Shown here: in pieces, positions 34,826 through 35,774 of the stretch
How positions within the stretch are numbered: the stretch's first letter is position 1
How the letters are laid out: the number at the start of each line of letters is the position of its first letter
From: Octopus bimaculoides
Taxonomy: Eukaryota
DNA length: 35,774 nucleotides
Direction: 5' to 3'
Assembly (NCBI RefSeq): GCF_001194135.2
Contig: NC_068985.1
Span: forward strand, 124,750,875-124,786,648
Notes under the pieces: model-generated
What the model saw: the letters and a program-made list of their open reading frames with translations, nothing else
The model's database searches: none
Told to the model about the DNA's origin: nothing
Position numbers and translations under genes: made by a program

Positions 34826-35046
34826 CAAGGGGGCGGGGCTTAAAAATTCTTGTCTTTGGGTAAAAGAAAATACAGGAGGATCAGTTAATTATGATTTTAT
34901 TGAACATATTCCCCTCTCAGATTCTCAAACTTATTGCAGCATTCCTTCAGTTTTTCTAAGCCTTGTAAAAGGACTCGGAAGGTTAGGCCTCCAACGAGGC
35001 CTTTTGCGACAGCTTTAAAGCCAGGAACTTTTCAGCGCCCCCTCCT
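34826..35046. mobile_element. ~200-bp MITE, copy C
   Basis: TA-CAAGGGGGCGGGGCTTAAAAATTCTTGTCTTTG...AAAGCCAGGAACTTTTCAGCGCCCCCTCCT; interior shared with copies A and B. Confidence 0.8.
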
Positions 35047-35639
35047 TCATACATAAATATAATTCTTTTCCCAAATAAATTTGCACTTCATGTTTGAAGC
35101 TCTGGTGAAGCTATAAGGTGTTGCTCGGGCATTCAACTATGAGTCCACTGCATCTCATAGCAGAAACAGCTGTAAGCTAATGAAGTCCATAAGATAATCG
35201 TTTATTCCTTTGTCATCTCATTTTCTTAGATAGGTAGTTATATAGATAGCTGTTTAAATAGTTAAATGAATGGATTGATAAAAAGATAAATGATTATTTA
35301 GTTAGTTTGCTGATTAGAGAGTAAGATAGGTAGGTAGATAACTTGTTGGCTAGATAGATAGCTAGTTAGGTAGATATTTCGATAGCTAGATTGATTGACA
35401 GATAGTTAAATAAATGAATGGATTTCTAGATAATTAAATGGATAAATTGATAGTTAAATAGTTAAATTAAATAGACCGACGAATCGATCGATGAATGGAT
35501 GGATGGATGGATCGATGAATTTGTTGATCAAATAAACGATTATACAAGTTGCTGCTTAGTTCCCATCTTACAAGTAACCAGTGAAGAAATGGTAGAATTT
35601 TTTTTTTTAATTGATCCTGTTTGCTTCCGCTGCTGTTAG

Positions 35640-35774
35640 AGAAACTGACGACGACGATGATGATGATGATGATGATGATGACGATTATAGTGAGGAATAT
35701 GGAAATGATATTGATGCTAATGAGAAAACATCTGTTGAAATCGTGATCATCCCACCACCACCACCTCCTCCTCC
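35640..35774 (+). CDS. Possible coding exon (acidic then Pro-rich), running off the window end
   Basis: A T-rich tract and TTAG (AG at 35638-35639) precede the open frame ETDDDDDDDDDDDDDYSEEYGNDIDANEKTSVEIVIIPPPPPPP. It could equally be a decayed (GAT)n/(CCA)n repeat. Confidence 0.22.

Overview
AT-rich eukaryotic, repeat-dominated window with 12 assembly gaps (about 3.7 kb of N) and dense di-, tri- and tetranucleotide microsatellites. The SINE families and microsatellite load suggest an octopus/cephalopod genome (inference). No host protein-coding gene can be confidently called, and most ORF-track entries are microsatellite or N artefacts. The window is a transposon graveyard containing: a Penelope-like fragment (inverted pseudo-LTR plus decayed ORF start); three decayed Tc1/mariner elements (one DD37D maT, two mariner); a ~210-bp mariner-type MITE family; a 624-bp long-TIR Mutator-like element with a 9-bp TSD, nested in an R4/Dong-like LINE fossil; a non-autonomous Helitron-like element; and many tRNA-derived SINEs. 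The most interesting signals are minimal hammerhead ribozyme (HHR) motifs. One is a U3-A8 core variant present in both arms of the inverted repeat at 20-477. Another lies at the 3' part of a tRNA-fragment/(AAT)n element with an inverted 5' duplication (24982-25345), suggesting a Penelope-mobilised SINE/retrozyme-like system. Coordinates were read by eye and element ends may be off by a few bases.
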